Below are positions 40,246-53,237 of a stretch of DNA of 64,000 nucleotides, in pieces. A model generated the notes under the pieces. It was given only the letters and a program-made list of their open reading frames with translations. It ran no database searches and was not told the origin of the DNA. How positions within the stretch are numbered: the stretch's first letter is position 1; each line of letters begins with the position of its first letter. Position numbers and translations under genes: made by a program. The DNA is from Camelus dromedarius (taxonomy: Eukaryota): assembly GCF_036321535.1 (NCBI RefSeq), contig NC_087437.1:107572001-107636000 (forward strand), in the 5' to 3' direction.

Positions 40246-41130
40246 CCACGCAGCCTTCTGCGGCTCTCTGCTCCTGAACATAGAAATAAAGGTATATAAG
40301 TTACACCAACAGAGCCATTGCCTACAATTCCCTTTTAACAGTTTTTTATTCACCTGAAATGTTGGAGAACCGGTCTCCACAGATTTGGTAGTTTGACGGT
40401 TTTGATCCCTAAAAGCTTGTCCATGTTATAAAACTGGCAAAGACACACAAGATTCATATCGTTCTCTTTGTGGTGCCCATGATTCCATAGGCAATAAACG
40501 AGGAATGTCACAAATGTGAGTTATGCTTCAGAATGATGGGAGGATATCAGTTTAAGCTGTGGAGAATGAGAGCTTCACCATTATAGTAAATGCTCTGCTG
40601 ACAGATGGATTGTTTTCATGTTTTCATAACGTCCACACCATTTCCATCTGAGGTCATTTTTAATTTATACCACACTTTATCTCTCTAGATCCACCTTTTT
40701 CTCGAGGTAGGCTGTGCCGAGGTTCTGTTTTTATTATCCCACCCACATGCGGTCGGCCTCCACTAACATACACACACCCCACTTGGATTATTTCCAACAC
40801 AAATACCAGTGGTATTCAAACTATGGGCAAGAGAGTAGCTGGGTTAAAAGTTGATGTGGAGGTTAAAGTCCAAGCCCACACTTAAACTGCACGGCCAAAC
40901 GCTAGAAGATGACAATGCTTAGAAACAGAGCACTCAGAAGCTTAGTGGCAAATATGTATTTTCCAGCTTGCTACCTAAGAAATGTAAGTATTATTACCCC
41001 TCCACATCTGTATAGGAGGCAAAAATCTGAGGACGGTCAAAAATCTCAGAGGCCCTGAAAATGCTTCTCTAATGATGTGTTCTTCTACCTAAAAATACTA
41101 CCCATCAGTGCTGTTCTTTTAATGGTTGGA

Positions 41131-41133
<3 letters not shown>

Positions 41134-41181
<48 letters not shown>
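41134..41181 (+). repeat. (CA)n microsatellite, about 24 units
   Basis: Directly visible perfect repeat. Confidence 0.99.
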
Positions 41182-41182
<1 letters not shown>

Positions 41183-42941
41183 CAAACACACATGATGAAA
41201 AGAAGAAATTAATCTGTGAGTGAAAACTATTCAGAGTTAGTAATGACACAGGGATTTGTGTGCCAATGTTACTGATAAAAATATACACAGAACAGTTAAA
41301 TAGAAGAATCTGGGCAGGAAGAAGGGTGGGTCTCACACTTAGAGAACATGCGTAGGTGAATTCACACTCAAGCGAATTTAAAGCCAAGGAGAAGCCTGGG
41401 AAGGGGGCACTGGGAAGTTAAGGAAGAGCTGAGAGATGGATAATTAGCGCACATGCTGATGGATGTGAAAGAGACTGAAGAAGGATAAACAAGCCTCAGG
41501 CTGAGGAAGCGCATTCATTCACAGGCAGCTCTGATGGCGCCTTTCCACGTGCGCTGGGCTGGTTGGGTTATCGTGTATGTTTTACTTCAGCAGCACCTTC
41601 CCAACCTCAAGCTACCCTGACATGACATTTTAATACATGCACATTAACTTCTGAATTCTTTATCCACAACCGCAAGAATTTCATTTCGAGTGTATGTGGA
41701 TTTTGGGTCATTCCGGTGGAGGATAATTAGAAAAAGATGGAACTAGGAGTGGGGAGGGGAAAGGAGGCAAAACAACAGGACAAAAGATTTTGCCAAAACG
41801 GCCCTGGAGAGATAAAGGAAGCCCTGTGCTCAGAATTCTTTCACAGGAAGCGAGCTAAGACTTGTAAAAGGGATTGATGGAGCCAGGTCAGAGCGCTCTC
41901 CTGGCACGAGGCCCCTTAGAATGGAAAGTTAAGGCCACGGATCCCTGCAAGATTAGCCAAGGAGGGGCTGACAAACACCTACTACACTGTGGCAGACTAA
42001 ATGGGTTAAAAGTGGTTACAGGAAAATTTTTCCTCTTTGAGTATTCAAACTGCATTCTGTCTTTTCATAGGATCAAAAGTTAAAGTCATAATCAGAAAGA
42101 CATTATTTAGATGGGAGACCAGAGTCTTAAGAGAAGGAAGTGCTTCTCAGCTTTGTTCATGTACATGGTCTGCAACAGAGCAGAATCTCTAAGTATTCCA
42201 TTTCAATCACAGGAGGAAGGAAAGAGTGCTGAGATGATGTTAATTGTAGAATATTAATTATTGCATATGTCAAATCATGTTTCTATGCTTTGCATCTAAT
42301 ATGTAGCCTGTATAATTTTATTTTCATAAAGAGTAAAAATTTTAAAACAAAACTTTATTAAAGAGGTTAACAGGAACCTCTCTCCCCCTCCACTCTTGGT
42401 GTCAAAGGGCAATGATTGCAAACTGGGACACCTTCTGCCACAGCCAGGGAAACCAACGAATGATGCTTCTTACTCTTAGGTGTAATGTGATAGAGAGTGA
42501 TGGAGATTTTGATAAGCTTCAAAGGACATGCCCCATTAAAAAAACCAAATAGTTCAATTTTCTTAAACCACATTGTAAACTGAAGAAATAGGTCTGTGGG
42601 CCACAAAGAGCTTTCTCAGTCGATGTCTTAAATTCCTTAAAGCAAAATATCTTACCTTGAGGGCTTTCAGGATCCTTGTGACAGGGAAGAGCATCCTAAA
42701 ATGAAAATGCAAACAAACCAAAACTTTGAATTTAAGAAAATATGTATTTCTTTGTACTTGTGGTTTTCAAACTTCCATGTCTGATGTTATTTCTCTTTTT
42801 AAAATACTTCACGCTGTTGCTTTTGATGTATTTGATAAGCGTCAATACTTTGAGAGGAAGCTCATGATGATAATAGCCACCTTTGTGTGGCTTTATCAAA
42901 ATGAATCCTGGGAGACCAGAGTAGTGGAGTTGCAAATTAAA

Positions 42942-43130
42942 AACACAAACATATACATGCATGAATACACAAAACACACACAAACAGAAATCCACCACTA
43001 TACACACACACGCACACACAGAAATACAAACTCACGCACACATAATTACAAAAACACATATGCACATACAAATACACACATGTAAACACACACAACAAAT
43101 ACATGCAGGTACGCAGAAATGCAGAAACAT
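42942..43130 (+). repeat. Degenerate CA-rich low-complexity tract
   Basis: Directly visible; produces the H/T-rich spurious ORFs. Confidence 0.85.
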
Positions 43131-43640
43131 ATTTGGAACTTCTGTTGGATCTTCTTAAAGGGATCCCTGGCTGAGAATATTTTGGGCTCTACAGTTAAGT
43201 ATGAACCAGAATTTGTTCTAACATAGATCAGAGCTTGCCGAGAACTTGGACCACATTAGTGGCCCAGGTAATTTGTACCAACCTTCCTGTACCTCATTTT
43301 GACTTTACCCTCAGCAGAAAAACATCAGCTTTTGTTCTTGTGGTCTTCTCCTTTAAATATGAACTTGTGAGAAATGAATGGCTCCATGTTTTCCTGATCA
43401 TTACAGTTCACATTGGACAGATTTCATCTTTAATTTATTTATTTAATTTATTTCTCTGTCCACTTTGGGGGGCATGCATCTTTTATGGAAAAGTTTCCTT
43501 CCAGTGATTGGATGCACAGAATTTTTTTTCTGATTCTTGGTTGTGATGGCTTAAACATAGAAATATTAATTTGTCTCATGTTATTCTAATAGTTATAAAA
43601 ATGATATACTTTTGGTAACATCTCCAAAACACTTAACATT

Positions 43641-43745
43641 ATTTTAAAAAAAATTTTTTTTATAGAAGTACGGTCAATTACAATGTGTCAATTTCTGGTG
43701 TACAGCACAGTGTCCCAGTCATGCATATATATACATGTTTGTTTG
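43641..43745 (-). mobile_element. Very short young L1 3'-tail insertion
   Basis: 68/72 nt identical to the copy at about 62848-62919; candidate TSD taacatt (43634-40 / 43746-52). Confidence 0.85.
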
Positions 43746-43982
43746 TAACATTCCTAAACTTAATTAAGAAAAGTAAGATTCCGGTTTAGGCTCAGAATTT
43801 TAGTGATGTTTACTGAGACTGAAACTGGTTTTAGTAGCATTCAGACCATAGAGTCCGTTGATGTTAGAAAACTCTGTAGAAAGATTATTAAACACCTTGT
43901 CGAATTTTTTCCACACCACAGAGGTAGGAAGCTTTGTATAGTAAATATGTGATGGACATTTTAAAAGAATTTTAGAATGGTT

Positions 43983-44511
43983 TGTGGTGAATGCGGAATT
44001 CTAAGACGGCTCCCAAGAATTCTGCTCCCTGTGGACATACTCCCTCTCTCCCACTTAATTATGATCTATGAGTGTGATGGATGTTATTACTATGATTAGG
44101 TTATGTTATATGACAAAGTGAAGGAGTTTGGCTCCTGTAGTTATGGCTCCAAATCAGTTCGAGGTAATTAAAAGCAGATTATTCTGGGTGGACCCAACCT
44201 AATCAGGCAAACTCTTTAAACAAAGATGTGAGGATCAGAGACTCTCTCCTGCATCTCTTGATGAAAATGAGTTCGATAGCCACAAGGAAATGCATTTTGC
44301 CAACACTGCATGAGTTTAGAAGAGTATCCCAGATCTCTGATGAGACCCCAGCCCCAGGTGGTACCTTGCTTTCAGTTTCTTGAGACCCTGAGTAGAAGAC
44401 TCAGTTAAGCCAAACCCAGATTCGTGTCCATGGAAACAGATATAATATGCGCATCCTTTCAATCTACTAAATTTGTAATGATCTGTTACACAGCAACTGA
44501 AAACTGATACA
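43983..44511 (+). mobile_element. MaLR solo LTR (MLT1E-like), near full length
   Basis: TG...CA termini; 'gaattctaagacggctcccaaga...gattaggttatgttatatg...gattattctgggtgg...cctaatcagg...ctgttacacagcaactgaaaactgataca'. Confidence 0.9.
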
Positions 44512-44671
44512 GTTCTGCTACTGAGTTTGCCAATAATAGCCAAAGCATCACCATTTAATAAGAAAATAATATAAAAGTCAATCATTCTGAAATTGACTAT
44601 TTGTGATAGTACTAGTTAATATCAGTCTAGTTCTCACCATACACATGGTAGGGACTGCCAGAACACATACG

Positions 44672-45170
44672 CTTACAGGGTGATAAGTCAATGGCCAAAG
44701 ATTTCCCCTTTCTCCACTCTCGATAGACATGTCCTTGGCAATGTTTCTTTGCATCCTATTCCACCTAGAGGCAGAGTCTATTTGAGTCTTGCCTTGGCCC
44801 ACGGGATGGGATGGGAGTGATGGTGTACCAGCTGCAAGCATAGGAATCAGAAGGCTCTGCATGTCTCTACTTGGTCTCCTGGGACTCTGCCAAGCGCTGA
44901 GAAAAAGCCCAGGCTAACTTGCTGTAGGATGACACATGTGGACAGAGCCTTCTCGTCCCAGCTGTCCTGGTCAGCCAGTTTTCAGCCCACTTGCCACCTG
45001 ACCACAGACAATTGAGCAATGTCACTTGAGAGAAGCTGAGCTTCACTCAGATCAGCAGAACTTTCCAGCAAACCCATAGATGACTGAGAAACAAATTGTT
45101 ATCATTTTAAACCATTACATTCTGGGCCAGTTTATTACTCAACAATATATTGACAATGGATAAAGATAAC
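44672..45170 (+). mobile_element. MaLR solo LTR (MLT1F/G-like)
   Basis: 'gcccaggctaacttgctgtaggatga...ccacctgaccacagac...cagatcagcagaac...ttttaaaccatta'. Confidence 0.8.
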
Positions 45171-45774
45171 TAATAATGAAATAATGCTTATGGTAAAAGC
45201 AAATTATCATGATTATAAGACATTGTATTTAGCATTTTTTTCATTTTTGCATGTGGTTCATTTTGACCAGGTATGTGGACAAAGGATAAAACAATATCTA
45301 TACATATTTCCTGATGTGTTATAATCGTTGTGTACTATTTACGACTTTATCATATGAACTCTTCTGGAATAATTAAAATATTAATCCCAACATATGTTTT
45401 ACACATCTGTTATTTTCTAGGTATTGAGGTGATTTAGCTGCTAAACATAAAATCTTTGTCCTAACTAATTTCTACTCATAGAGTAGGGATTTTGAAAGTA
45501 ACATTTGTTCACCAACAATCTGATGCTTGTATGTGCTCTTATAATCCCTCCTCTATCCCTAAATAATTATTCAAGTGTGAAGCCCTGCAGTAAGAAAACT
45601 CATTTTGTTTCATATTAACCCTAGATTTCTCTGAGCATTAAAAATGTTTCTTAAAAAAATTTCTCATTATTTTAGCTAAACATTACCCCTATAACTTGTA
45701 TTTACTGATTCTAATTCTATCTCCTAGGGAGTTTCCACCTCCTAGGGGTCATGTAGAACAGATTTAATTGCTGT

Positions 45775-45825
45775 TGCACCAAGGTTGTTGCACTTTGTAA
45801 CGGCAGCCCTAGCAAACCAATACAC
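45775..45825 (+). mobile_element. MLT1A/B/C-type LTR 3' terminal fragment
   Basis: 'actttgtaacggcagccctagcaaaccaataca'. Confidence 0.6.
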
Positions 45826-46199
45826 CAGCTAACCCCGTTATGCTACTGATTTTGACAAATTATTCGTAGCAAATGCTTTGTATGTTCTAGTTATTCCTTG
45901 CCTTTTATAGACACATGTTACAGGTATGTACAAATGGTATTTTTGGTAAATGTTTTTGCTATATGCTAAGGACTACTAGTCAGTCATCCTTTCCTCATCG
46001 GAATCAAGGTCATTAATGACTTGAAATCTCATCAGACCAAAGAACCAAATCTGGAAAATTCAGAACCAATTAAGAGAATTCATCCTTAAGATTCTGTCCT
46101 TCTGGAAATACTCTAGTACCAAATATTTTATTAAATATTACCTTATATAATATTGCTGTTATAAGACTTTGCTCTTGCACAATTGATGTTCACAGTCTC

Positions 46200-46580
46200 T
46201 TTAAGGCTGTCATCTTTGCATCTGATGCTGGAGCTTGCAGTCCACCAAACAAGAAGTCAGGAAGGGAACATGGATGTGAGCTGGGGAGATAAAGTCTAGA
46301 ATCCACAAGCACTAACAGAAAGCTCCTGAGGCCAGGCTGAGACCCATGTGAGTTCTTGTTGCCTCTGCCCTTGGTGACAAGGGAATCCTGAAGAAGCTGG
46401 AGCTTTTTTCATGGAGCTAAACACACACACACACACATCCAGACTAGGAGTCAGAAAAGGTAGAGTATCCAGGTAAGGCAGAGAGTTTGCGTGCCTCACT
46501 GCTGCTTCAGGCCAGTGAGGGCAGTCGTCAGAGCAGCAACAGCCCCTGTGAGTTTCAAAATGGTGCCTGCTTTCCTTCCC
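46200..46580 (-). mobile_element. Possible ancient ERVL LTR (LTR41/LTR52-like)
   Basis: 'tctgatgctggagcttgcagtccacc...gtcaggaaggga...agttcttgttgcctctg...tcctgaagaagctg'. Confidence 0.4.
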
Positions 46581-46689
46581 CATCCACATTGCCCTTCCAT
46601 CTATCTTGTGGCCCACCCAGAATAGAATCAGACAGGAAGAGAAATTCTGGACATGAGTTCAAGTTCCAGCTAGCCAGATGGACACATTA

Positions 46690-46862
46690 CAAAGCCATCT
46701 GGAGTAGCAAGGCCTTTGATAGTCTGGTCTTCAACACATAGTGTCAATTCCACCACACCCTGTTCTCGAATGTAGAGTCACAGTCGCTCCTAGAATAAAA
46801 GATGCCACATCTCATTAGGAGAAATGGCAAAGAATCTGTGGCCATATTTTCAAAGAATCACG
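46690..46862 (-). mobile_element. MLT1 (H/J-like) 5' fragment
   Basis: 'cacatagtgtcaattccaccacaccctg...ggcaaagaatctgtggccatatttt'. Confidence 0.6.
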
Positions 46863-46869
46863 ATGGTTG

Positions 46870-47060
46870 TGTATATGTTTGTGTATGTGTATATGTATGT
46901 GTGTATGTGTGAGAGAGAGATGGAGGGAGAGACTGAGAAACTGAGTAGAGCAGGAAAGATGGTAACATCTTAATTGGAGAATCTGGGTGCAGGAGATAAG
47001 GGAGATTGCTTTTTTTTAATCACTCTTGAAATTTTGTATCAAGTTTTCATTTCTTGAAAA
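46870..47060 (+). mobile_element. Old L1MC/ME 3' end with TG/GA-rich tract
   Basis: 'aattggagaatctgggtgcaggagataagggagatt...actcttgaaattttgt'. Confidence 0.6.
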
Positions 47061-49469
47061 GAATGTGGGAGAATGCAAGTAGCAACCTAAGAAGTAGATG
47101 TCTACCCACCTGTATAAAGTCTATTCCATTTCATTGTAATGTGGTCTAAAGAGATTATTTGAAAGGCAGAGATGTTAATTAAGAAAAAGCCTAACAGTAA
47201 GGTTACATTTCCCTCACAAAATGTGGCTGGCTTGACACTTTGAAGGAAGAGAATGGCATTGAATATATACTTGATGTGAACCAGCTGGAAGAACTTAGAC
47301 ACTTACATTATCTTGTTACTATCATGGTTTGCCATTTTCCTTCTAAATGGAAAAATAACAACTTTGTGCAGCCATGTTTTCTAAACTTTGGGATACACTG
47401 TGGATATTTCTGCTAAGCAGATGTTTTCTTGTTTGCATGTAAAATGGATCTGTTAAAATTTTATAATATGCAGAATTTCATGTTTTCCAAATAGACTTGT
47501 TTCACTGATTTGACAAAAACTTGCTAATTTGCCAGAAGGATTTTTCTTGAGTGCCAAAAGTTTCAGTCTCTCTGTGACTGATGCTTCCTGTTCCTCCTTC
47601 AGTGTGTGCACAAGCGGCAGGGCCCCCGCACTGTTTGCAATCTTGCTCCCTTTCTCAGATGGTTCCTAATTAGAGCTTTAGTCCAGGGTTGAATGTGATC
47701 ATTTCAATCATTTTTCCATTTCCCAAAGAGACTATTATTCTCATAAAATGCTTATTAGAGAAGGCATTGGGAATTCAGAACAATTTTATTTTTTGCTTAT
47801 CTTCCAAGGACCATGAGATCAGAATCCAGATGTTCTGACTTAGCCAAGGGCAGAGTTTTTCCTTGGCAAAGGAAAAGTGAGGTTCTGCATATAAGAGGTA
47901 AAGAGGGATGGAGATTTTCGTGCCTGAAAGATAGACTTTGATACATGCGCATGGCCATTTCTAAGATACTTATTGAGAGAGTGAAGAAGAAGAAATGTTA
48001 AGAGGCTGAGATGCCCTTTGACTCTAACCACTGTGAACGCAGTCAAGAAATAAAGATTACATCACAAATTGAAATAAACCCAAGCTGGGTCATCGAGAAA
48101 ATAGGTTATTGTATTTCATGCATTAGAGAGGGTTCAAATCAGAAGAGTAGCACAGAAATGTTTTAAGTGACATTTCCTTTTCTAAGTCATCCTGGCCTCT
48201 TCTTCTTGCTCCTTTTTGTGTTCCTGAAGCTTCCTCTTCTTATTTCTGAGTTTTTTCTGTCTTTGCTCAAATGAAATACTGCTGGACAATAAACATTTTT
48301 TTTTCTTTCTTTACTTCTTTTTGTTTGTTTTTCTGCATATCCCACTACGTTTTTGCTTATGTGGAGAAAATATTACAAAACTAATGAAAGTCAGGTTCTA
48401 TTAAGATTTTTGAAGAGTGACTGTAACTATTATTAAAATATTTACAATCCTTTCTAATCAAGTTCCCTAATGTTGTCTTCTTTACTAATTCAGGGACCCG
48501 TATACACTGTTCATCACACTGTTCAGTTTCGGATCCAATGTCTTGTCAGGAAGTTAACCCTGCCCAACATGTCACCTGCACATATTTTAATTGCAATTAA
48601 ATTGTTTGATAGAAAAACACTTCACTGAATTTAAAAACATAAATACTAAAAATTGTACGATTTCAATGTTTCATAAAAAAAATAATTTTGCACGTGCATA
48701 TGCAAGTGTCCATTATTTTGAACACTGTCAATAACGTACCTTTAAACATGTTTAAGTATGAGAGGTTTCCATCTTTAAATGAGATTGCAAAAGGCCTATT
48801 GGTGCTATGATCAGCTTGCACGGAGACTTGCCAATCAGGCAAGAGAAGGCCGAGTGGTGCATCCTAATTACTGCGGGTGCCTTTGTGCCTGCTTGCCAAT
48901 TCCCAGAAATAATGGATTATTGATTCTGAATCTTTCTTCAGCTGAGCGGTCATTACATTTGAAGATACCAAAGCTATAAATGGTGTACCTGGCAAATAAA
49001 GCTCAGCTTTTTTATTTTTTTTCTCCATTTGGAAGAAAGTGTCCTTCGAAGTGTCCTTTGAAGAAAGCTAACCCCTGTCTAAGCTGTTCTGTTCATGCTG
49101 GGCAGGATAGCTCTGACAAGAGCTGCCTCTCTCTCTTTCTCTTTCTCAATCTCGATCTCTATGTAGATGTATCTCACAAGGTGTTATGCAACACGGGTGA
49201 TATTGCATTGTATACATAATGCTGATGATACTGTAGTTGGTACTTTTTCTACATGTAATGTCAGTAATATCATTAACTAGTCTTGGGGATGGTTAAAGGC
49301 AGACTGAAAAAGTTTGCATGTTGGCCTGAAATTAAGCTTAAACCTCTACTTCTTCTCAAGTCACACTCTTTCAGAGTTTGAAAAACTTTAACAATCAGAT
49401 AGCTGGCTTGTCATCACCTGGGGCCAGAATCTCCTTTGTGATGCCTCGGTGCCCACTCTGCCTCTGCTG

Positions 49470-49640
49470 GTTGTAGTCTGAAGTCAAATAGACTTGGACT
49501 TACATCTTGCTGCACTTCTCTCCAGCTTTGGGATGTGGACTGGCCTTCTGTGTCTGTTTTCCTCCTCGAACTGAGGGCAATATTAGCCACGTGTTTGTGT
49601 GTGTGGAAATTCGATGATGTAATATGTACAACATTCTGAT
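49470..49640 (+). mobile_element. MIR
   Basis: 'tctgaagtcaaatagacttgg...cttctgtgtctgttttcctcctc...gggcaatattag'. Confidence 0.7.
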
Positions 49641-51329
49641 TATGGAGACCTGCACAATGGTTGATTAATGAATACGAGTTTCTTTGTCTATTTCTTCCAG
49701 TTCTGGGAAGCCTATTAACTTCCAAACCAGCACCTTCCATGGCTGAACTGGTATATAGTTGCTAGTTACTTTTCTTCAATAAAATGCCCTTCTTTTTTTT
49801 CTCATCTGTGCTTCTCAGTGTGGTTTTGAGCTTCCCAGAAGTAGTCTATTCCTCCTCCTGCAAATAGCCATATATAGTCAGGGGTCATCTAAAGATATTA
49901 GAATAACCCTGCTATTTTCCAGGCTATGTATTCTCCATTCCTTTAACAACTATTGAATTGACATTGTTTCTGCCCATTTTAACTACTCAGTCCACCCTGC
50001 TGGACAGAATTAAATAGGTGAAGGATCCAGTCTCCCTCCTTCCCCAACCATCCACATTCATCACTTAGAATTACTGATACTACATTTTCATTCATGTATG
50101 ATTTATTAAATATTTTTACCTTATATTGAATTTTCAGTCACCTAAAACAATAGTCATTTTCGTGGAAAAACCCATTGGAATTGCATTCCACAACTTCCTT
50201 ATCGGAAGTACCCAAACCTAAGCACTGGTTCTACAACCAGCTCTAAACATCTAGATGCTGGTCGCCCATGTAATGGAAACCTCCTCTGGGTCAATAAGCT
50301 AAAGACTGTTTAAACTAGTTAATGAAGTGTAGAATTATACACATTTTATCACTCTATACGATAAAAACATATTTTCGACAGACATATTTCTTTGGTCAAT
50401 GAAGAACACTTTGCCCTTCCCTTCTTAGGTTTGATAAGGAAAGGGCAAGGTTGATGGTTAATCCACTAAAGAAAAAAAACGAGAGATGAAGGTGAGGGAC
50501 AGTTATACATTGTTATGTGTATTTGCATTCAATGATACTAAATAATAATTCTTTTGATTCTACTCTTCCATTAGTACCAATGCTCCCTGGGTCTGGAGAA
50601 GGCATCAGTTATGATCTGTTTTTGGGTATGATAGTAAGCATAGTGTTAAAACTCAATATATAAACTAACTTATTTCAAATCAAACAGTAATAATTGTTTT
50701 AAAACTGGAACATTAAATCTCTAACCATGAATTCATGTAATTAAGTATATATAAATGAAAACGTTATGGAGGGGCAAAGTGTATATCTTTTAAAACACAA
50801 TTTTAATAAAAAAATAGCAGTACTGAAAGTGCAGTATCTTAAAAAAAGTAGGGCTGTGTTCAGTAGTCTTCATCTGCTCTTTGCAAGCAGCATCCAAGAG
50901 CTCAAGTACTGTACTTCTTAAACTTTACAATGAAGATGGAGATGGGTTTGATAAAGAAAATGGCTTTACATTTATTCACTAAAAGCATCTTGGATGAATC
51001 ATACTCCAGGAAACAGAAAGCAAACAAACACAAAACAATAAAATATATATTTGTCAACCTGCTCCCAAAATAGTTAACATTCTGTTTTTTTTTTTTAATT
51101 TATAAATAACAGAAGCTATTGTCAACAATGCCTTATTGCCTCCTTCTTTGCCTCATCAACTTGATTCTTTGATGTCCCTCCGGAGGAAGTTTAGTGTCAT
51201 TCCATTCTCTGTTCCAATTTCACGCGAGAGGAAGCATATTTGAAAAATATGTGCTCACCAGGTTTCATTTGCCCTGCTGGACAAAGTGTTCTGATTTCCC
51301 TCCAGTGCTTACCATTCTTAGACATCTTC

Positions 51330-51788
51330 CATCTACAGGTTTTGGATGCCATTGATTCTACCGAGCATCCACTGACATCAGAGCTTTGCAGCCCCATGAT
51401 CACAGTGATTGTTCTGGGAAGGACGTGGTGTCCAACACAGAGCAGTGAGACTCAACTGCTAGACTTTAGAGAACTGTTAGAAAAAGCAAATTTTCCTTTC
51501 TATTAAGAGATGCTAGAAATATAGGGTGTATTTCTGGATTATTTTGCAGGAATCTTGTCACTGGGGATGGGAGGCCTGCCGGAAAACAGAGCAAACAGAA
51601 AAGGTTCTCTATATAGAGCCAGGACATAGAATGAAACTGAAGCTTGAAAGCCTTAACTGACCCCCACACCCCCCACGCTTTCCAGCTATCCTGATAAATT
51701 CTGCCTTTTATTTTTGTTGTGGTTGTTTACTTAAGGTGATTTGAGTTGTGTTTTCTATTAATTGTAATGGAAGGAGGTCTAACACACA
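51330..51788 (+). mobile_element. MaLR LTR (MLT1K-like)
   Basis: 'cacagtgattgttctgggaaggacgtgg...gtgagactcaac...gcctgccggaaaacagagc...ttacttaaggtgatttgagttgtgttttcta'. Confidence 0.7.
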
Positions 51789-52735
51789 AGTTAATTCAAC
51801 TTGGAAAACTTGAAATCACAAGTCCCAGTGACCTTGGAAAAGGCGGCAGTATAGTACAGGTCTGATTCACACCGAAAGGCTGGGTGCCCTTAGATAAGAC
51901 CCTAGTTCGTTCATAGTGACAGTTGTCTGCACTATGTATTTACCTCTTTTGTAGGCCCAGGTCTGTGTACAGACCCTTCCTAAGTATCGAGTGGTATCTT
52001 CTAAGAATGCTTATTCTTCTTTAAAACTGGAGCACTGTCCCAAATTCTGGAACAGAAGTGAAGGAAACAGTGTCCCGCGAGGGACTTGATAAATTTCAGC
52101 CCCAGAACTGGAATCTTCCTCTAAGGAAAGGATTCATATTCAGCCAGTAAGCTTTTAACTGATCGATCAAGCTGATGACCTTAACTGTACCTGCCTAATG
52201 CCAGTGTGTATGTTAAAAATGCATTGGAAACTTACTTTGGGCCGCAACTTCTTCCAATTATGAGGTCTGAATTACCTCCTTCTGTGTTGTCTCCTGTTAA
52301 AGATTGAATCTCATGTGGAGATCATGCCCACTTTATCTGTTTCTAAATTGTGACATAAGTTGCTGAATTTCAAAATCAAATTATAAAAAAAATACTGTAA
52401 CACTCTTACATCTTGTATACAAAAATTTTTAAGCAAAATAATAATGAGAAGCATTATCATTCCATCATTGGTGATATATTTGTATTTCGCCTGTCAAGTG
52501 GTTAAGTTAAAATTTAATGTGATGCTACCACATAATTTGTTTTGTAACCTGCTTTTTTTTAACAAGTGTTATTTAGTGAGGATATTTTCACATCAATACA
52601 AATTATTTCCTATTATCATTTAAACACTTGCGTTTTTCTCTCTTGGGGAATGAGCTTCTTAAATTTAACCAGTTTGCAGTTGTTTAGCATATCTACTAAC
52701 AGTGGTCAATCTAATACTGATTACAGGCTACTATT

Positions 52736-53185
52736 TGTTGCAAACACCGTCAGTGCTCCATGCTGGGTCTCTCTGATTGCTCTTTCTGGGTCTATAAGCT
52801 CATGAACTCTCTGTGTTGGGTCTAATGGCTTACGCTCATAGCCAACCTCAGAAGGCAGTTCTCAGGCCCCTGGAGCCATTTGCCTGCAGGCAGAGGGACT
52901 TGGAAGTGCTGGTGTGATCCTTAGTACAATCAAGGACTGGTCCTGAGAAGGAGAAATTCTTACCTCATGGTAAACTGAGATAAGGTTAAAGTGCAAAATC
53001 CCTCTGCACGATCAGGCTGAGACTGGGAACTTTCCTGAAGATACACACTTGCTTGGGCTTCTCCTGCTCCTCTGTCCTGCTCCGTCTGCTCCCTTCAAGC
53101 CTCCACTGGGAGTACTTTCTGAATAAATCTCTTGCAAGTGAACCCTCATCTTTACGACTCCTTCGAATGAACCTGATCCAAGACA
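52736..53185 (+). mobile_element. ERVL solo LTR (LTR16C/E-like)
   Basis: 'cacttgcttgggcttctcc...ctgggagtactttctgaataaatctcttgcaag...gaacctgatccaagaca'; AATAAA at 53122. Confidence 0.85.
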
Positions 53186-53237
53186 CCAATCTGGGTTTCT
53201 CAGTACAGTTTTCCCTTAGGAAGGATCCTGGTGCTTC

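Noticed and set aside
42726..43158. His/Thr-rich and Cys/Val-rich ORFs
   Set aside because: Derived from a degenerate CA repeat
44724..44745. p53 response element (AGACATGTCC) in an MLT1 LTR
   Set aside because: Only one half-site; the adjacent decamers do not fit RRRCWWGYYY
50409..50450. Hairpin ctttgcccttccctt / aaggaaagggcaagg as a possible miRNA
   Set aside because: Stem only about 15 bp and low complexity; no known mature miRNA recognised
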